DNA of 64,000 nt from Eubacteriales bacterium (GCA_045595165.1 JAZNZY010000021.1:51382-115381), one strand, 5' to 3'. Shown: positions 46,024 through 55,885, counted from the first letter of the stretch. Notes: generated from the letters alone by a model not told the origin. Program-made: numbers and translations.

Positions 46024-47328
46024 TTACTTCTTTTTCTTTGCAACGATAACTACAACTACAACAACTGCAATAACAACTACTGCTACAACGATACCGATGA
46101 TAAGACCGGTGTTGCCGCCTTCTTCCTTATCGGAAGGTTCTTCGGAATTGCCTACTGCGGGAACGGTGGTGTCTTCTTCGGAAGGCTCTTCGGAGGGTTC
46201 GTCGGAAGGTTCTTCAGAGGGCTCTTCAGAGGGTTCTTCGGAGGGTTCGTCGGGCTGTTCAGCGGGAACTGCGTAGTAAACTACTGCGCCGGTTTCGTGA
46301 GTCTGCTCTGCGAAGTTGTAGCCTGCGAAGTATACGATGTCGCCTGCAACGAGAGCTGCGAGAGCTTCTTTGTTTGCAGCAGCTTCGGTGCTTTCGCCGT
46401 GAACTGCGAATGCGATGTCGCCTTCCTGAACGTCTGCAAATGCGAATTCATAGTCGCCGTCTGCAGCCTTAACTTCTACTACGGAGTACTGACCTTCGGT
46501 TTCGGTGGGTCTGAGAAGTACGCATGCGGACCAAGCTACGTTGTATGCAGCGAGGTTGGTGGGATCGGTGATGATGGTGTTGGAATCGGTTACGATAGAC
46601 TTGTTGAAGGGAACGTGCTTAATGAACTTTGCACCTGCGGGAATTTCAACGATAGGCTCGATCTCATTAAGATCTATGGATTCTTCCTGGCTTACTTCGC
46701 CGATTTCAGGACCGCCGGCAGACTTAAGGCTTGCGCCAACCTCGGTAAGACCAACCCATTCCCAGCAAACCTTGACGTCCCAGTCGTTACCGGTCTGACC
46801 GTGAGCGCCCATAAAGAAGGATACGGAAACGTATTTTGCGTTAACGGGAGCAGCGAGGTCGATAACTACTTCGCGCTGGAAGGACTGAGTAATGTCTTCG
46901 ATAGTGCTGTCCATGGTGTAAGAGAATTCGTCGAACGCATTACCGTCTACGGAAGTACCAACGATAAGATCGCCATCGGTAGGAAGACCGATCATAGCGT
47001 TTGCGTAGCAGAACCAGTAAAGAGTAATGGTGTCGATGCTCTGAACGGAATCAAGTTCGAAAACGATGGTGCACTCGGTGGGAGTACCGGTGGTGCATGC
47101 CTTATTCTGAACAAGAAGGATACCGGCTTTGTTAAAGTCACGGGCTGCAGCGTCAGCTTCGGAAAGGATTGCGCCGTCAAAAAGCTGAGCGGGATCGTCA
47201 GATGCGAGAGCTTCAACGTTGTCGCCTTTGAATTCAACGGATACAACGTTTGTTTCTGCTGCTGCGGGTATCAGAAAAAGAACTGAAACGAGAGCAACTG
47301 CGAGAATTGCGCATAAAAGCTTTTTCAT
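46024..47328 (-). CDS. secreted surface protein: discoidin/F5-8-type-C-like domain, unknown domain, PSEE linker, C-terminal TM anchor
   Basis: Start moved to MKKLLCAILAVALVSVLFLIPAAA (ATG 47328), because the promoter -10 at 47371-47376 lies inside the 20-codon ORF-track extension. LFDG...WVGLTEVGA is discoidin-like. The tail is the same as in the 45100 gene. Confidence 0.8.
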   Translation of the reverse strand: MKKLLCAILAVALVSVLFLIPAAAETNVVSVEFKGDNVEALASDDPAQLFDGAILSEADAAARDFNKAGILLVQNKACTTGTPTECTIVFELDSVQSIDTITLYWFCYANAMIGLPTDGDLIVGTSVDGNAFDEFSYTMDSTIEDITQSFQREVVIDLAAPVNAKYVSVSFFMGAHGQTGNDWDVKVCWEWVGLTEVGASLKSAGGPEIGEVSQEESIDLNEIEPIVEIPAGAKFIKHVPFNKSIVTDSNTIITDPTNLAAYNVAWSACVLLRPTETEGQYSVVEVKAADGDYEFAFADVQEGDIAFAVHGESTEAAANKEALAALVAGDIVYFAGYNFAEQTHETGAVVYYAVPAEQPDEPSEEPSEEPSEEPSDEPSEEPSEEDTTVPAVGNSEEPSDKEEGGNTGLIIGIVVAVVVIAVVVVVVIVAKKKK

Positions 47329-47370
47329 AGGGTTTTTTGCTCCTTTAAATAATAATATTTTGGTGAAGTG

Positions 47371-47399
47371 ATTATACACTATTTGCAAGAGAAAGTCAA
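47371..47399 (-). promoter_or_regulatory. sigma-A promoter (TTGACT-17-TATAAT)
   Basis: Minus strand has ttgact (47399-47394), a 17-nt spacer and tataat (47376-47371). Confidence 0.7.
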
Positions 47400-47407
47400 C
47401 AACAAAA

Positions 47408-47436
47408 ACAAAAATGTCCGTGTTTTACGGACATTT
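47408..47436 (-). terminator. rho-independent terminator of the 448-aa surface protein gene
   Basis: atgtccgt-aaaac-acggacat plus a T-run on the minus strand. Confidence 0.8.
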
Positions 47437-47455
47437 CTGCTTATATTTCTCGCTA

Positions 47456-48802
47456 TTATCTTTTCTTTTTAACAACAATTACCACTACAACTACAATGGC
47501 AGCTACTGCAATTACAGCTACTACGATACCGATAATAAGGCCTGCGCCGACAACACTTGTCTGTTCGCCGGAAACGGGTTCGGATCCTTCGGTGTCCTCA
47601 TCGGAAACGTCTGCTGCGGGTTCGGATTCATCGGTTGCGGGTTCGGATTCGTCGGTGGGTTCGGATTCTTCGGAGGGCTCTTCGGAAACGTCTTCGGAGG
47701 GCTCTTCGGAAGCTTCGCCGTTATCGGGAGTAGCGGTGTTATCTATAAAGTAAACAACTGCGCCTCTTTCAAAGGACTGTTCCTCAAAATTATAGCCTGC
47801 GAAGGTAACGGTGTCCCCTGCAACAAGAGCGTTGAGCGCAAGTCTGTTTGCCTTGGTGCCGTCTGCATCATCATCGCCGTGAACGGAAAGAACCATATCA
47901 CCCTCTGCCGCATCGGCAAAAACAAAGGTTTCGCTGCCGTTTACCCATTCAACAGCCACTACCTCGTAAACGCCTTCGGTTTCGGTAGGTCTGATAAGTG
48001 CGCAGGAGGTCCACTTAACATTGAAATCCTGCATAGTTGCGGGATCGGTAATGATAGTGTAAGAGCCGGTGGTGATAGAGGTGTTGAACTTAGCGTGCTT
48101 GAGTGCTACGTGTCCTTCGGGAATTTCTACGATAGGCTCGATCTGATCGAGGGGAGTGTTGTCCTCGCTTACTTCCTCATAGCCGCCGTCAAGAACTTCA
48201 TCTACCTCAAGGCCTGCGCCGACTTCGGTAAAGCCGACCCATTCCCAAAGAGGGCACCACCAGTCGCTGTATCCGTGGGGGCCGAATTCAAAGGTAACAG
48301 AAACGTATTTTGCCTTTACGGTCTGACCCAGTCTTATAGTGGTATCAAGCTGAAAGGAGGTATCGGGGTCGGTTTCGCCCTCGAAATCGTATGCGCCGAT
48401 CTCGGTGTAAATGTCGCCGTCTGCGGAATAGCCTATGATAAGGTTATTGTTAACGGGCAGACCGATTATTGCCATGTGATACACGTACCAGGTGATATAA
48501 ACGGTGTCTATATCCTGAAGGGAATCAAGCTCGAAATACATGGTTGCAATGGTGTTTTCGGTATCGTTCATATCGGTGTTCTGAAGCAGAACGATGCCTT
48601 CCTTGGTGAAGTCACTGGCGTTCGCATTTTCTTCGGAAAGGATCTTGTTATCGTAAAGAAGGGTAAGATCTGCTCCTGCGCGAACCTTTACGTCGCCCTC
48701 AAACCAAACCTTGGTTACGTTCGCCTTTGCATCTGCGGGGATAGCAAGCAAAGCGCAAACAACGGCGAGAACGATAAGTACGCTTAAAATTCTTTTTTTC
48801 AT
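47456..48802 (-). CDS. secreted surface protein, paralogue of 46024..47328
   Basis: Signal peptide MKKRILSVLIVLAVVCALLAIPADA. Same two-domain layout. Acidic SEEPSE linker. TM plus a KKKR tail. Confidence 0.8.
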   Translation of the reverse strand: MKKRILSVLIVLAVVCALLAIPADAKANVTKVWFEGDVKVRAGADLTLLYDNKILSEENANASDFTKEGIVLLQNTDMNDTENTIATMYFELDSLQDIDTVYITWYVYHMAIIGLPVNNNLIIGYSADGDIYTEIGAYDFEGETDPDTSFQLDTTIRLGQTVKAKYVSVTFEFGPHGYSDWWCPLWEWVGFTEVGAGLEVDEVLDGGYEEVSEDNTPLDQIEPIVEIPEGHVALKHAKFNTSITTGSYTIITDPATMQDFNVKWTSCALIRPTETEGVYEVVAVEWVNGSETFVFADAAEGDMVLSVHGDDDADGTKANRLALNALVAGDTVTFAGYNFEEQSFERGAVVYFIDNTATPDNGEASEEPSEDVSEEPSEESEPTDESEPATDESEPAADVSDEDTEGSEPVSGEQTSVVGAGLIIGIVVAVIAVAAIVVVVVIVVKKKR

Positions 48803-48833
48803 TGTTTTACTCCTTTTTTGAACACAGAAATTT

Positions 48834-48937
48834 AACGATGAACTATGAACTATGAACTATGAACGAATGGTTGATTTTTGTTCTGCGAACAAAAATCTTC
48901 CGAAGTTCCTCGTTCATCGTTTCTAGTTCCTCGTTTC
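48834..48937 (-). repeat. Rep-B full element B2 (heptad arm - hairpin - heptad arm), within the 5' leader of the 47456..48802 gene
   Basis: aacgatgaactatgaactatgaactatgaacga-atggttg-atttttgttctgcgaacaaaaat-cttccgaag-ttcctcgttcatcgtttctagttcctcgtt. It is the reverse complement of B3. Confidence 0.85.
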
Positions 48938-48968
48938 CAAACGCTCTGCGTTATTTTTTACTGCTCCA

Positions 48969-48997
48969 ATTATACGCTGTTTGCATAAAAAAGTCAA
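48969..48997 (-). promoter_or_regulatory. sigma-A promoter (TTGACT-17-TATAAT), about 160 nt upstream of the ATG
   Basis: Minus strand has ttgact (48997-48992), a 17-nt spacer and tataat (48974-48969). Confidence 0.65.
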
Positions 48998-49042
48998 CGG
49001 ATTTTTAAATGTAAATTTTTATTACCCGATATGCATAATTAT

Positions 49043-49070
49043 TTACAATATATTAATTTTGTGTTATAAT
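49043..49070 (+). promoter_or_regulatory. sigma-A promoter (TTACAA-16-TATAAT, TG-extended) for glxK
   Basis: ttacaa at 49043-49048, tgt-tataat at 49062-49070. Confidence 0.5.
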
Positions 49071-49092
49071 GTAAGGAAAGAGGTGGTAAAAG

Positions 49093-50175
49093 ATGAATTT
49101 TTTGCTTATACTCGATTCTTTTAAGGGAAGCATATCCTCTTATAACGCCGCAAAAGCTCTTAAAGAGGGCTTGGGAGGCGGAGAGATTGTCCCTTTTTCC
49201 GACGGAGGCGAGGGATTTGCCGAATGTGTCGAATACCTCTGCGGAGGTAAAAGAATATGTTTTCCCTCCTTTGACAGCTACGGAAAAGAAATATCCTCTT
49301 ACTATCTGCGTATCGGCGATACGGCGGTGATCGAAACCGCGCTGGCGGACGGGCTTATTACAGTGGGGGAAAACCACCCGAACATTATATACGCCAACTC
49401 CTTCGGCACGGGACACACAATTAAAAAAGCTCTTGAAGACGGGTGCAAAAAGCTGATAATCGGATTCGGCGGAAGCGCCGTAAACGACGGAGGCGCAGGT
49501 GCGCTTTGCGCCTTGGGTGCCCGCATTGTCGGCGGAAAAGGGCTTACCGCCCTGGCGGGAGAATGGGCAACGAGTATTGACCTTGAGAATCTCACCCCTC
49601 TCCTGAAGGAAGCAGAAATTATATTCGCCTGCGACGTGGACAACCCCTACTGCGGGGAAAAAGGCGCATCTATGGTGTTTTCACCCCAAAAAGGGGCAGA
49701 TGCCGCCACGGCTTTGCGTATGGAAAAGAGCCACAGGAAGTTTGCCGAATTCCTTTTCCGCGCTACGGGAAAGGATGTTTCCCACATACCCGGCGCAGGG
49801 GCGGCAGGAGGGCTTGCAGGTGGAATTATGGCTGTATGTGAGCCGAAAATACAAAGCGGGTTTGACGTGCTTTCAAGCCTTTGCTCGCTTAAAGAGAGAA
49901 TTTCCCGCGCAGACGTGATTATTACGGGAGAAGGCAAAACTGATTCTCAGACTTTAATGGGAAAGCTTCCCTTGCGTGTAACGGCGCTTGCAAAGGAAAT
50001 GGACAAAAAGGTCGTCTGTGTTTCGGGTATGATAACCGAAGAGGGCAAAAATCTGGGAGCAGACCTTTATATACCCCTTTCCCACGGGGATATTACTCCG
50101 CAGATGACCATGGCAGACCCGAGAAAATATCTTATTAACGCAGGAAAACAAATTAAAAATATATACGAGGTATGA
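49093..50175 (+). CDS. glxK: glycerate kinase
   Basis: MNFLLILDSFKGSISS..., GFGGSAVNDGGAG, ITGEGKTDSQTLMGK. Confidence 0.88.
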   Translation: MNFLLILDSFKGSISSYNAAKALKEGLGGGEIVPFSDGGEGFAECVEYLCGGKRICFPSFDSYGKEISSYYLRIGDTAVIETALADGLITVGENHPNIIYANSFGTGHTIKKALEDGCKKLIIGFGGSAVNDGGAGALCALGARIVGGKGLTALAGEWATSIDLENLTPLLKEAEIIFACDVDNPYCGEKGASMVFSPQKGADAATALRMEKSHRKFAEFLFRATGKDVSHIPGAGAAGGLAGGIMAVCEPKIQSGFDVLSSLCSLKERISRADVIITGEGKTDSQTLMGKLPLRVTALAKEMDKKVVCVSGMITEEGKNLGADLYIPLSHGDITPQMTMADPRKYLINAGKQIKNIYEV

Positions 50176-51161
50176 AAATGGATACTAACCAAACCGCACA
50201 GACCCCCGAAATCACCCAAAACGAGCCCGTGGCAGTAAAAGCTCCCGCTAAAAAGCGCCGCCGCAGAAATTCCTGGTGGGGCGTGACTCTTTGCGTATTT
50301 CTGGCGTTCGGAGTATTTGTTTCCGCCGCCGCAGGAACGGGATTTTTGCTTTTGAGAAACGCCGTTGCAGGCGATATCGTACATACCGTGGTTGAAAAGA
50401 CCGACGTGCTCTCCCTTGAAATCGGCGGTACTACGGTTGTGGAAAAGGTAGAGGAAGTATTAAAATCCTCGGGCAACGAAACCCTCGCTTCCATGACCAC
50501 CGAGGAGATACGTGCTTTTGCGGAAAACGCAGGACTTGACGAAGCGCTTAAGGGATTGCTTGACCAAGCCCAGGATTATCTTACGGGGAATGCCAACAGC
50601 TTTGAAATAACTCCCGAGCAGATACTGGTTCTGGTTGAGGACAACAAGCAGAATATTTACGATGCAACGGGATATGAGATAACCGAAGATGACCTTAAGC
50701 AGATAGAAGAGGTGCTTGAGGAACACACCGAAACCATTAATCAGGCGGCGGAGGAGGTTCTTACCAATCCCACCGTAAAGACTACTATGACCACCGTTAA
50801 CGTGGTGATAAGTCCCTATATCCCCATCGCCTGCTTTGCTGTATGCGCAGTATGTGTTTTGCTTATGATCCCCTGCCTGCGCAGAAAGGAAGCGGTGTTC
50901 GTATTCTCCGGTATGCCCGCGCTGTTTTTGGGAGCCGCGCTTACCGTAGTATATGCACTTTCCTCCACCATTACCGAATTCGTGGTAGCCCGGATATATA
51001 TGCCCGCCACGATGCTGACGGTGGCAAGAACCGTTTTATCCGTAATTTTCGAGCCTATCCTTAAAGCGGGCATTATCGCCGCATCGGTAGGCGTAGTATT
51101 TATAATAATCCACATAATTCTTGCGGTTGTTTTAAAGGTAAGACACGCAAAAAAGGCTTGA
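50172..51161 (+). CDS. hypothetical membrane protein
   Basis: ATGA overlap with the glxK stop. Basic KKRRRRN followed by a TM, a soluble segment of about 170 aa, then 3-4 C-terminal TM segments. No family recognised. Confidence 0.65.
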   Translation: MKMDTNQTAQTPEITQNEPVAVKAPAKKRRRRNSWWGVTLCVFLAFGVFVSAAAGTGFLLLRNAVAGDIVHTVVEKTDVLSLEIGGTTVVEKVEEVLKSSGNETLASMTTEEIRAFAENAGLDEALKGLLDQAQDYLTGNANSFEITPEQILVLVEDNKQNIYDATGYEITEDDLKQIEEVLEEHTETINQAAEEVLTNPTVKTTMTTVNVVISPYIPIACFAVCAVCVLLMIPCLRRKEAVFVFSGMPALFLGAALTVVYALSSTITEFVVARIYMPATMLTVARTVLSVIFEPILKAGIIAASVGVVFIIIHIILAVVLKVRHAKKA

Positions 51162-51180
51162 TGACACAGGAGGCACATCA

Positions 51181-52143
51181 ATGGCACAATTAACAAACGG
51201 ACACGAGCAGGCAAGAGCCCTTACGAAAGGTCTTTTTAAGGCGGTTTTGGGCAAGGAAAAGGAAGCGGTGCTTTTGGTCACCGCATTTCTCGCAGGGGGA
51301 CACGTGCTGATCGAGGATGTGCCCGGCGTGGGTAAGACCACCCTTGCTTCCGCTTTGGCAAGACTTTCCGGTCTGGATTACACCCGCATACAGTTTACGC
51401 CCGACGTAACCCCTTCCGACATAACCGGTTTTAATATGTTTGATAAGCGCTCCGGCGATTTTGTGTTCCGCCCCGGCGCGGTAAGCACGGATATTTTCCT
51501 TGGGGACGAAATAAACCGCGCATCCCCCAAGACACAGTCCGCGCTTCTTGAGTGTATGAACGAGGGCACCGTCACCGTTGACGGCGAGATACACCCTCTC
51601 CCCAAGGTGTTTACGGTTATTGCAACCCAGAACCCTATGGGATTTGTAGGTACCTATCCCCTGCCCGAAGCCCAGGTTGACAGATTTTGTATGAGATTTT
51701 CCATGGGCTACCCCACCTTTGAGGCGGAAATGCGTATTGCCGCAGGTATGACCCACGAAAACACCCTGCCCACACTTACTCCCGTAACGGATGCGGAGTC
51801 TATTCTGGCTATGCGTGAGGAAGTAAAAAAGGTTGCGGTAGACGAAGAAATATACAAATACGCCGTTTCACTCATAACCGCCACCCGTAACAACAAATAC
51901 ATATCTCTGGGCGCATCTCCCCGCGGAAGCGTAATGGTTGTGCGCCTTGCGAAAGCATACGCATATCTGCAGGGCAGAGATTACGTTTTGCCCGAGGATA
52001 TTCACGCTATGTTCGTTCCCTGCATAAACCACAGAATAACTCTTTCTCAGGAGGCAAAGCGTCAGTTCCTCTCCGTTGAGGACGTGCTGAACGCTATTCT
52101 TAAGGAAACGGATATTCCCCACCGCGGAAAAGGCAGAATATGA
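51181..52143 (+). CDS. MoxR family AAA+ ATPase
   Basis: Walker A DVPGVGKTTLA. FTPDVTPSDITG. Walker B FLGDEINRA. RBS aggagg. Confidence 0.9.
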   Translation: MAQLTNGHEQARALTKGLFKAVLGKEKEAVLLVTAFLAGGHVLIEDVPGVGKTTLASALARLSGLDYTRIQFTPDVTPSDITGFNMFDKRSGDFVFRPGAVSTDIFLGDEINRASPKTQSALLECMNEGTVTVDGEIHPLPKVFTVIATQNPMGFVGTYPLPEAQVDRFCMRFSMGYPTFEAEMRIAAGMTHENTLPTLTPVTDAESILAMREEVKKVAVDEEIYKYAVSLITATRNNKYISLGASPRGSVMVVRLAKAYAYLQGRDYVLPEDIHAMFVPCINHRITLSQEAKRQFLSVEDVLNAILKETDIPHRGKGRI

Positions 52144-53402
52144 AAAAAAGCGAAAAGTTTGGTGAAACACGGCTTATAAAACAGCCCTTTTACCCCGTGC
52201 CCTCTCTTTTGTTCCCCTTTTACGGGGCGGCGGTGTTCGGACTTTGCTGTTATGCCATAATCCGTAAAAACACACCTATGGGAATAGCCGCCACCTTTTT
52301 GATGGTGCTTCCCGTTATATCACTTATTTACGCCTTTATATGCTTTTGCGGAATAAGCGCGGAATTAAGCTTTGATAAGCAATTCCTGCGCAAGGGCGAA
52401 AGCGCCCACGCTACCCTTACGGTATACAATTATTTTCCCATTCCCCTGCCCGGACTTACGGCGGCACTGTATCTTCCCAAAGAGGAAAAGGATGGGTACG
52501 TATACACCCGCATCCCCGTCAAGAGCAAGACGGGTGTAACTATGGGCGGATTGCGGGCGGTAACAGCCGTAAAGCAGGTATCCTTCGGGCTGGCGGGAAG
52601 ATTTACCGTATACTGTAAAAAGCTTTCCGTCCACGATCCGCTGGGCTTGTTCAGAATAGTAAGCAGGACGGAGTTCACGGTTGATATGCCCGTAATTCCC
52701 GTAGAAGGCAGAAAGACCGATCAGCTTCGCACCGCAAGCGGTACGGGCGAGGGGGCGGACAGAAACCGCCGCGGCGATGACCGTGACGAGGTGTTCGAGA
52801 TAGCAGATTACGCTCCCGGGGACAGCCTTAAGGATATTCACTGGAAAAGAAGCGCAAGGGAGGAAGAATTGCAGATAATCCGCTTTGCTTCCCCTAAGGA
52901 AAAATGCCATTGCGTGCTTTGCGATACGGGAGATTACCTCGCCTGCGGCACGGAAAATAAAAATGACAAAAACCCCGCGCTCCTGGATGCGGTTCTGGAA
53001 ACCGCCTACGGAATGTGTATATCCCTTTCCTCGGAGGGTGACAGCGTTTTGCTGGCCTGGCGGGACGGAAAAGAGGATATAGGTGTGACCGCTTCTATGG
53101 AGGAGGGCTTTATTTCCCTTTGCAAAAGCGGATACTTACCACTTGGCACGGGCAAACGGATAGATCCCGTTATTTTAAGCGAGGCGGACGCGGTAACGCT
53201 GGTTACAGCCGCCGTTAACGAGGATACCGCCGCACAGATTATCGCTTTGCAGACCGAAGCGCCAAATATTAAAGGCATTGCGGTAATGGTGTGCGCTCCC
53301 GAGGGAAGCGCTCCCATAACCGACGAAAATATAATTAAAAAGCTGGAAAGCGCAGGAATTATCATAGGATTTTCCTTGGCAGAGAAGGGAGGAAAGGTAT
53401 GA
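52140..53402 (+). CDS. DUF58 domain protein (with N-terminal TM segments)
   Basis: DUF58 signature IADYAPGDSLKDIHWKRSAREEELQIIRF. ATGA overlaps with both neighbouring genes. Confidence 0.8.
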   Translation: MKKSEKFGETRLIKQPFYPVPSLLFPFYGAAVFGLCCYAIIRKNTPMGIAATFLMVLPVISLIYAFICFCGISAELSFDKQFLRKGESAHATLTVYNYFPIPLPGLTAALYLPKEEKDGYVYTRIPVKSKTGVTMGGLRAVTAVKQVSFGLAGRFTVYCKKLSVHDPLGLFRIVSRTEFTVDMPVIPVEGRKTDQLRTASGTGEGADRNRRGDDRDEVFEIADYAPGDSLKDIHWKRSAREEELQIIRFASPKEKCHCVLCDTGDYLACGTENKNDKNPALLDAVLETAYGMCISLSSEGDSVLLAWRDGKEDIGVTASMEEGFISLCKSGYLPLGTGKRIDPVILSEADAVTLVTAAVNEDTAAQIIALQTEAPNIKGIAVMVCAPEGSAPITDENIIKKLESAGIIIGFSLAEKGGKV

Positions 53403-55885
53403 ATTTCCGCCCCAATGCAACAAGAAAATACCGTATTTTTGAATCCGCCTCAACGGCAATGGGCTTTTTCGCCTGCCTTATACTGTGTATGGTTACCGTT
53501 TTCGGAATTGCGGGGTACGCAGAGCAGACCATCCTGCCCGAAATAAGCGTTGGCACGGTTTGGTTCGCTTCCGCGGCGGTGATCGCGGCAACGGGAACAG
53601 CGTTTCTGTTTTCCGCAGAATGGATAGTTTACCCCGCCCTCGCTTTGGGCGGAGCGGGAATTTCTCTTTTGTGCTTTATTCCCTTAAGCGAAGCCGTAAC
53701 GGAAAAATTAAACAAGATAGGCGAAGAAATATACAAATTCGAGCCTGAATACTATATCCCATATCACGATTGGGAGCTTACTCTGGTTGCAATACTGCTG
53801 GCATCCGTCTGCGCAGTACTGCTTACCCACTTTATGTTAAGATGTAAAGTGCTCGTCCCCGTTTTGCTTACCTCCGGGGTAACGCTGGGACTGTTCGTTT
53901 CCCTTGAGCGAAACGAAAGCATACACTTTTTTGTAATGATCCTTTGTATTGCCGCAATGCTGTGCGTTGCCGTGCAGGGCAAAGGCGGAAAGGCTATGGG
54001 AAGCGTTATACCCATAACCAGGATCGGCGTAAAGACGTTGGCGTTTTTCCTTGCCGCCGCCATAGTGCTTATACCCGTGGCATCCGACGAGGCGTTTTCA
54101 AAATCCGTAATGGACACTATATCTCAGCTTACGGGTATAAAGCCGCCCACGGTTGCACCCGGCGGATTCGGGGACGCCAGCAGCGACGTGTCTATGGACG
54201 GATACGAGCAGTTTATGAACGACCTTGAGGAAAAGCAATCCCAGACCGACCTTGAGGACATAGAGTTTGATAACGTACTTTTATACATCGTGTCCGGCGC
54301 CGATGACGGCGGGGATATGTTCCTCCGCCGCCGTATACACTATGAATACGGTAATAACGCTTGGACTTTATCTACTTCAACCTCTGAGGATCTGACAGAC
54401 GATTCCTTCAGGCTTCTTGCGGATGCCCAAAGAGGAGATCTTACTGCCCTGCCCAGTTCCCGTGATTTTATTACAGTTGCAGGCGTGGTCAAGCCTCTTT
54501 ATCCTGCCATACCTGCGGGAAGCACGCATATCTCCAACCCCAACGAAGAGGCATTTTATGATCTGGACGGGGACGGGGTAAAGGAAAGATACCCTGCTGT
54601 TACCACCCACACCTACCGTTTTCAAGATATTGAATTCGATGACGAGTGGTTTGATTTCCTGCGCAAAAACACCGATATCGACTGGGGCTACGAAGCCTTT
54701 GGTATGAAGGATTACCAAAACCCCGAGTTTGTAATTTCCGGTGATGAATTGCTGGATAAGGAATTGCGTGCCCTTATGCTGGATCTTCTTATGCGCTACT
54801 GCGGTTATCAGACCTACGATGAATGGCTGGCTGCGGAGGATTCGGTTATAGATGCTATCGAAGCCGTACAGATATACCTTTCCGAAACCAAATATTACAC
54901 AATGAACCCACAGATGTCCGATCGGTACGAAAATTACGATCACGAGAAGGACAGTATATACAACTTCCTGTTTAACACCGGCGAGGGATACTGCGTACAG
55001 TTTGCCTCCACCGCCGCACTGCTGCTTCGCTCCATCGGCATAAACACCCGTTACGTTACGGGATATTCTTCCAGAGGCGCGGACTTCAGCGGAAACAGGC
55101 ATATTTACGATTCCAACTCCCACGCCTGGTGCGAGGTGGAGCTTTACGGTTACGGCTGGGTGCCCTTTGAAATGACCTACGCTGCTATGCAAAACTCCAT
55201 AGGCTCCGAAGGACCTACCCTCGATCCTCCCAATTTCCCGGAGGAAGTGTCAACGGAAGAGCCTTCCGCCGACGAAAGTGAGGAAATAAGCGAAGAGGAA
55301 TCAAGCGAAGCCGAGAGCAGCGAAGAGAAATCAAGCGAAGACTCTGCGGTTTCCGACGTATCCGATGACGGCTCTTTGGTTGAAAGTGTTGGCGAAATGT
55401 CGGCAGACCTGCCGAAAAACAATAAAAAAGCGATTATCTATTGTATTTGTATCGCTTTTTGTGGTATAATCCTTACGTTGACCGCCGCACTTATATACCG
55501 CCGCAACGAAAAACGGCGCAAAAACACCCTTAAAACCAGAGAGAAATACTCTCTGGGCGAAGGGGATGCGGAAAAAGGTCTTTTGGAACTGCATTCACAG
55601 CACATAAAGCTTTTGCGTCTGAAAGGCTTTACCCCCATCAAGGGCGAAAAATATCCCGAATATATCAAGCGTGTGTGCAGGTCCGCGCCCGATATGCCCA
55701 ATCCCAAGTTTGTAATGGAATACTTCCGCAAAGCCGAATTCGGCGGTGTCTGCACCAAGGAAGAGCTGGCGGCGGCAGGAAAGCATATGCTTTTGTTGAA
55801 CGATTACGTTTACACCACTTTAAAGGGATTTAAAAAGCGGAAGGCTTATTTTGACGGACTGCTTACAAAGCCAAAGCAAAAATGA
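53399..55885 (+). CDS. polytopic membrane transglutaminase-like protein
   Basis: About 6 N-terminal TM segments. Core GEGYCVQFASTAALLLRS...HAWCEVELYGYGWVPFE. Acidic Ser/Glu linker, one more TM, and a cytoplasmic tail. Confidence 0.85.
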   Translation: MNFRPNATRKYRIFESASTAMGFFACLILCMVTVFGIAGYAEQTILPEISVGTVWFASAAVIAATGTAFLFSAEWIVYPALALGGAGISLLCFIPLSEAVTEKLNKIGEEIYKFEPEYYIPYHDWELTLVAILLASVCAVLLTHFMLRCKVLVPVLLTSGVTLGLFVSLERNESIHFFVMILCIAAMLCVAVQGKGGKAMGSVIPITRIGVKTLAFFLAAAIVLIPVASDEAFSKSVMDTISQLTGIKPPTVAPGGFGDASSDVSMDGYEQFMNDLEEKQSQTDLEDIEFDNVLLYIVSGADDGGDMFLRRRIHYEYGNNAWTLSTSTSEDLTDDSFRLLADAQRGDLTALPSSRDFITVAGVVKPLYPAIPAGSTHISNPNEEAFYDLDGDGVKERYPAVTTHTYRFQDIEFDDEWFDFLRKNTDIDWGYEAFGMKDYQNPEFVISGDELLDKELRALMLDLLMRYCGYQTYDEWLAAEDSVIDAIEAVQIYLSETKYYTMNPQMSDRYENYDHEKDSIYNFLFNTGEGYCVQFASTAALLLRSIGINTRYVTGYSSRGADFSGNRHIYDSNSHAWCEVELYGYGWVPFEMTYAAMQNSIGSEGPTLDPPNFPEEVSTEEPSADESEEISEEESSEAESSEEKSSEDSAVSDVSDDGSLVESVGEMSADLPKNNKKAIIYCICIAFCGIILTLTAALIYRRNEKRRKNTLKTREKYSLGEGDAEKGLLELHSQHIKLLRLKGFTPIKGEKYPEYIKRVCRSAPDMPNPKFVMEYFRKAEFGGVCTKEELAAAGKHMLLLNDYVYTTLKGFKKRKAYFDGLLTKPKQK

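Noticed and set aside
47329-47388. A 20-codon N-terminal extension of the surface protein ORF (MQIVYNHFTKILLFKGAKNP).
   Set aside because: The TTGACT-17-TATAAT promoter's -10 box (47371-47376) lies inside it. The signal peptide starts at MKKLLCAIL (47328) with an AAAGGAG RBS.
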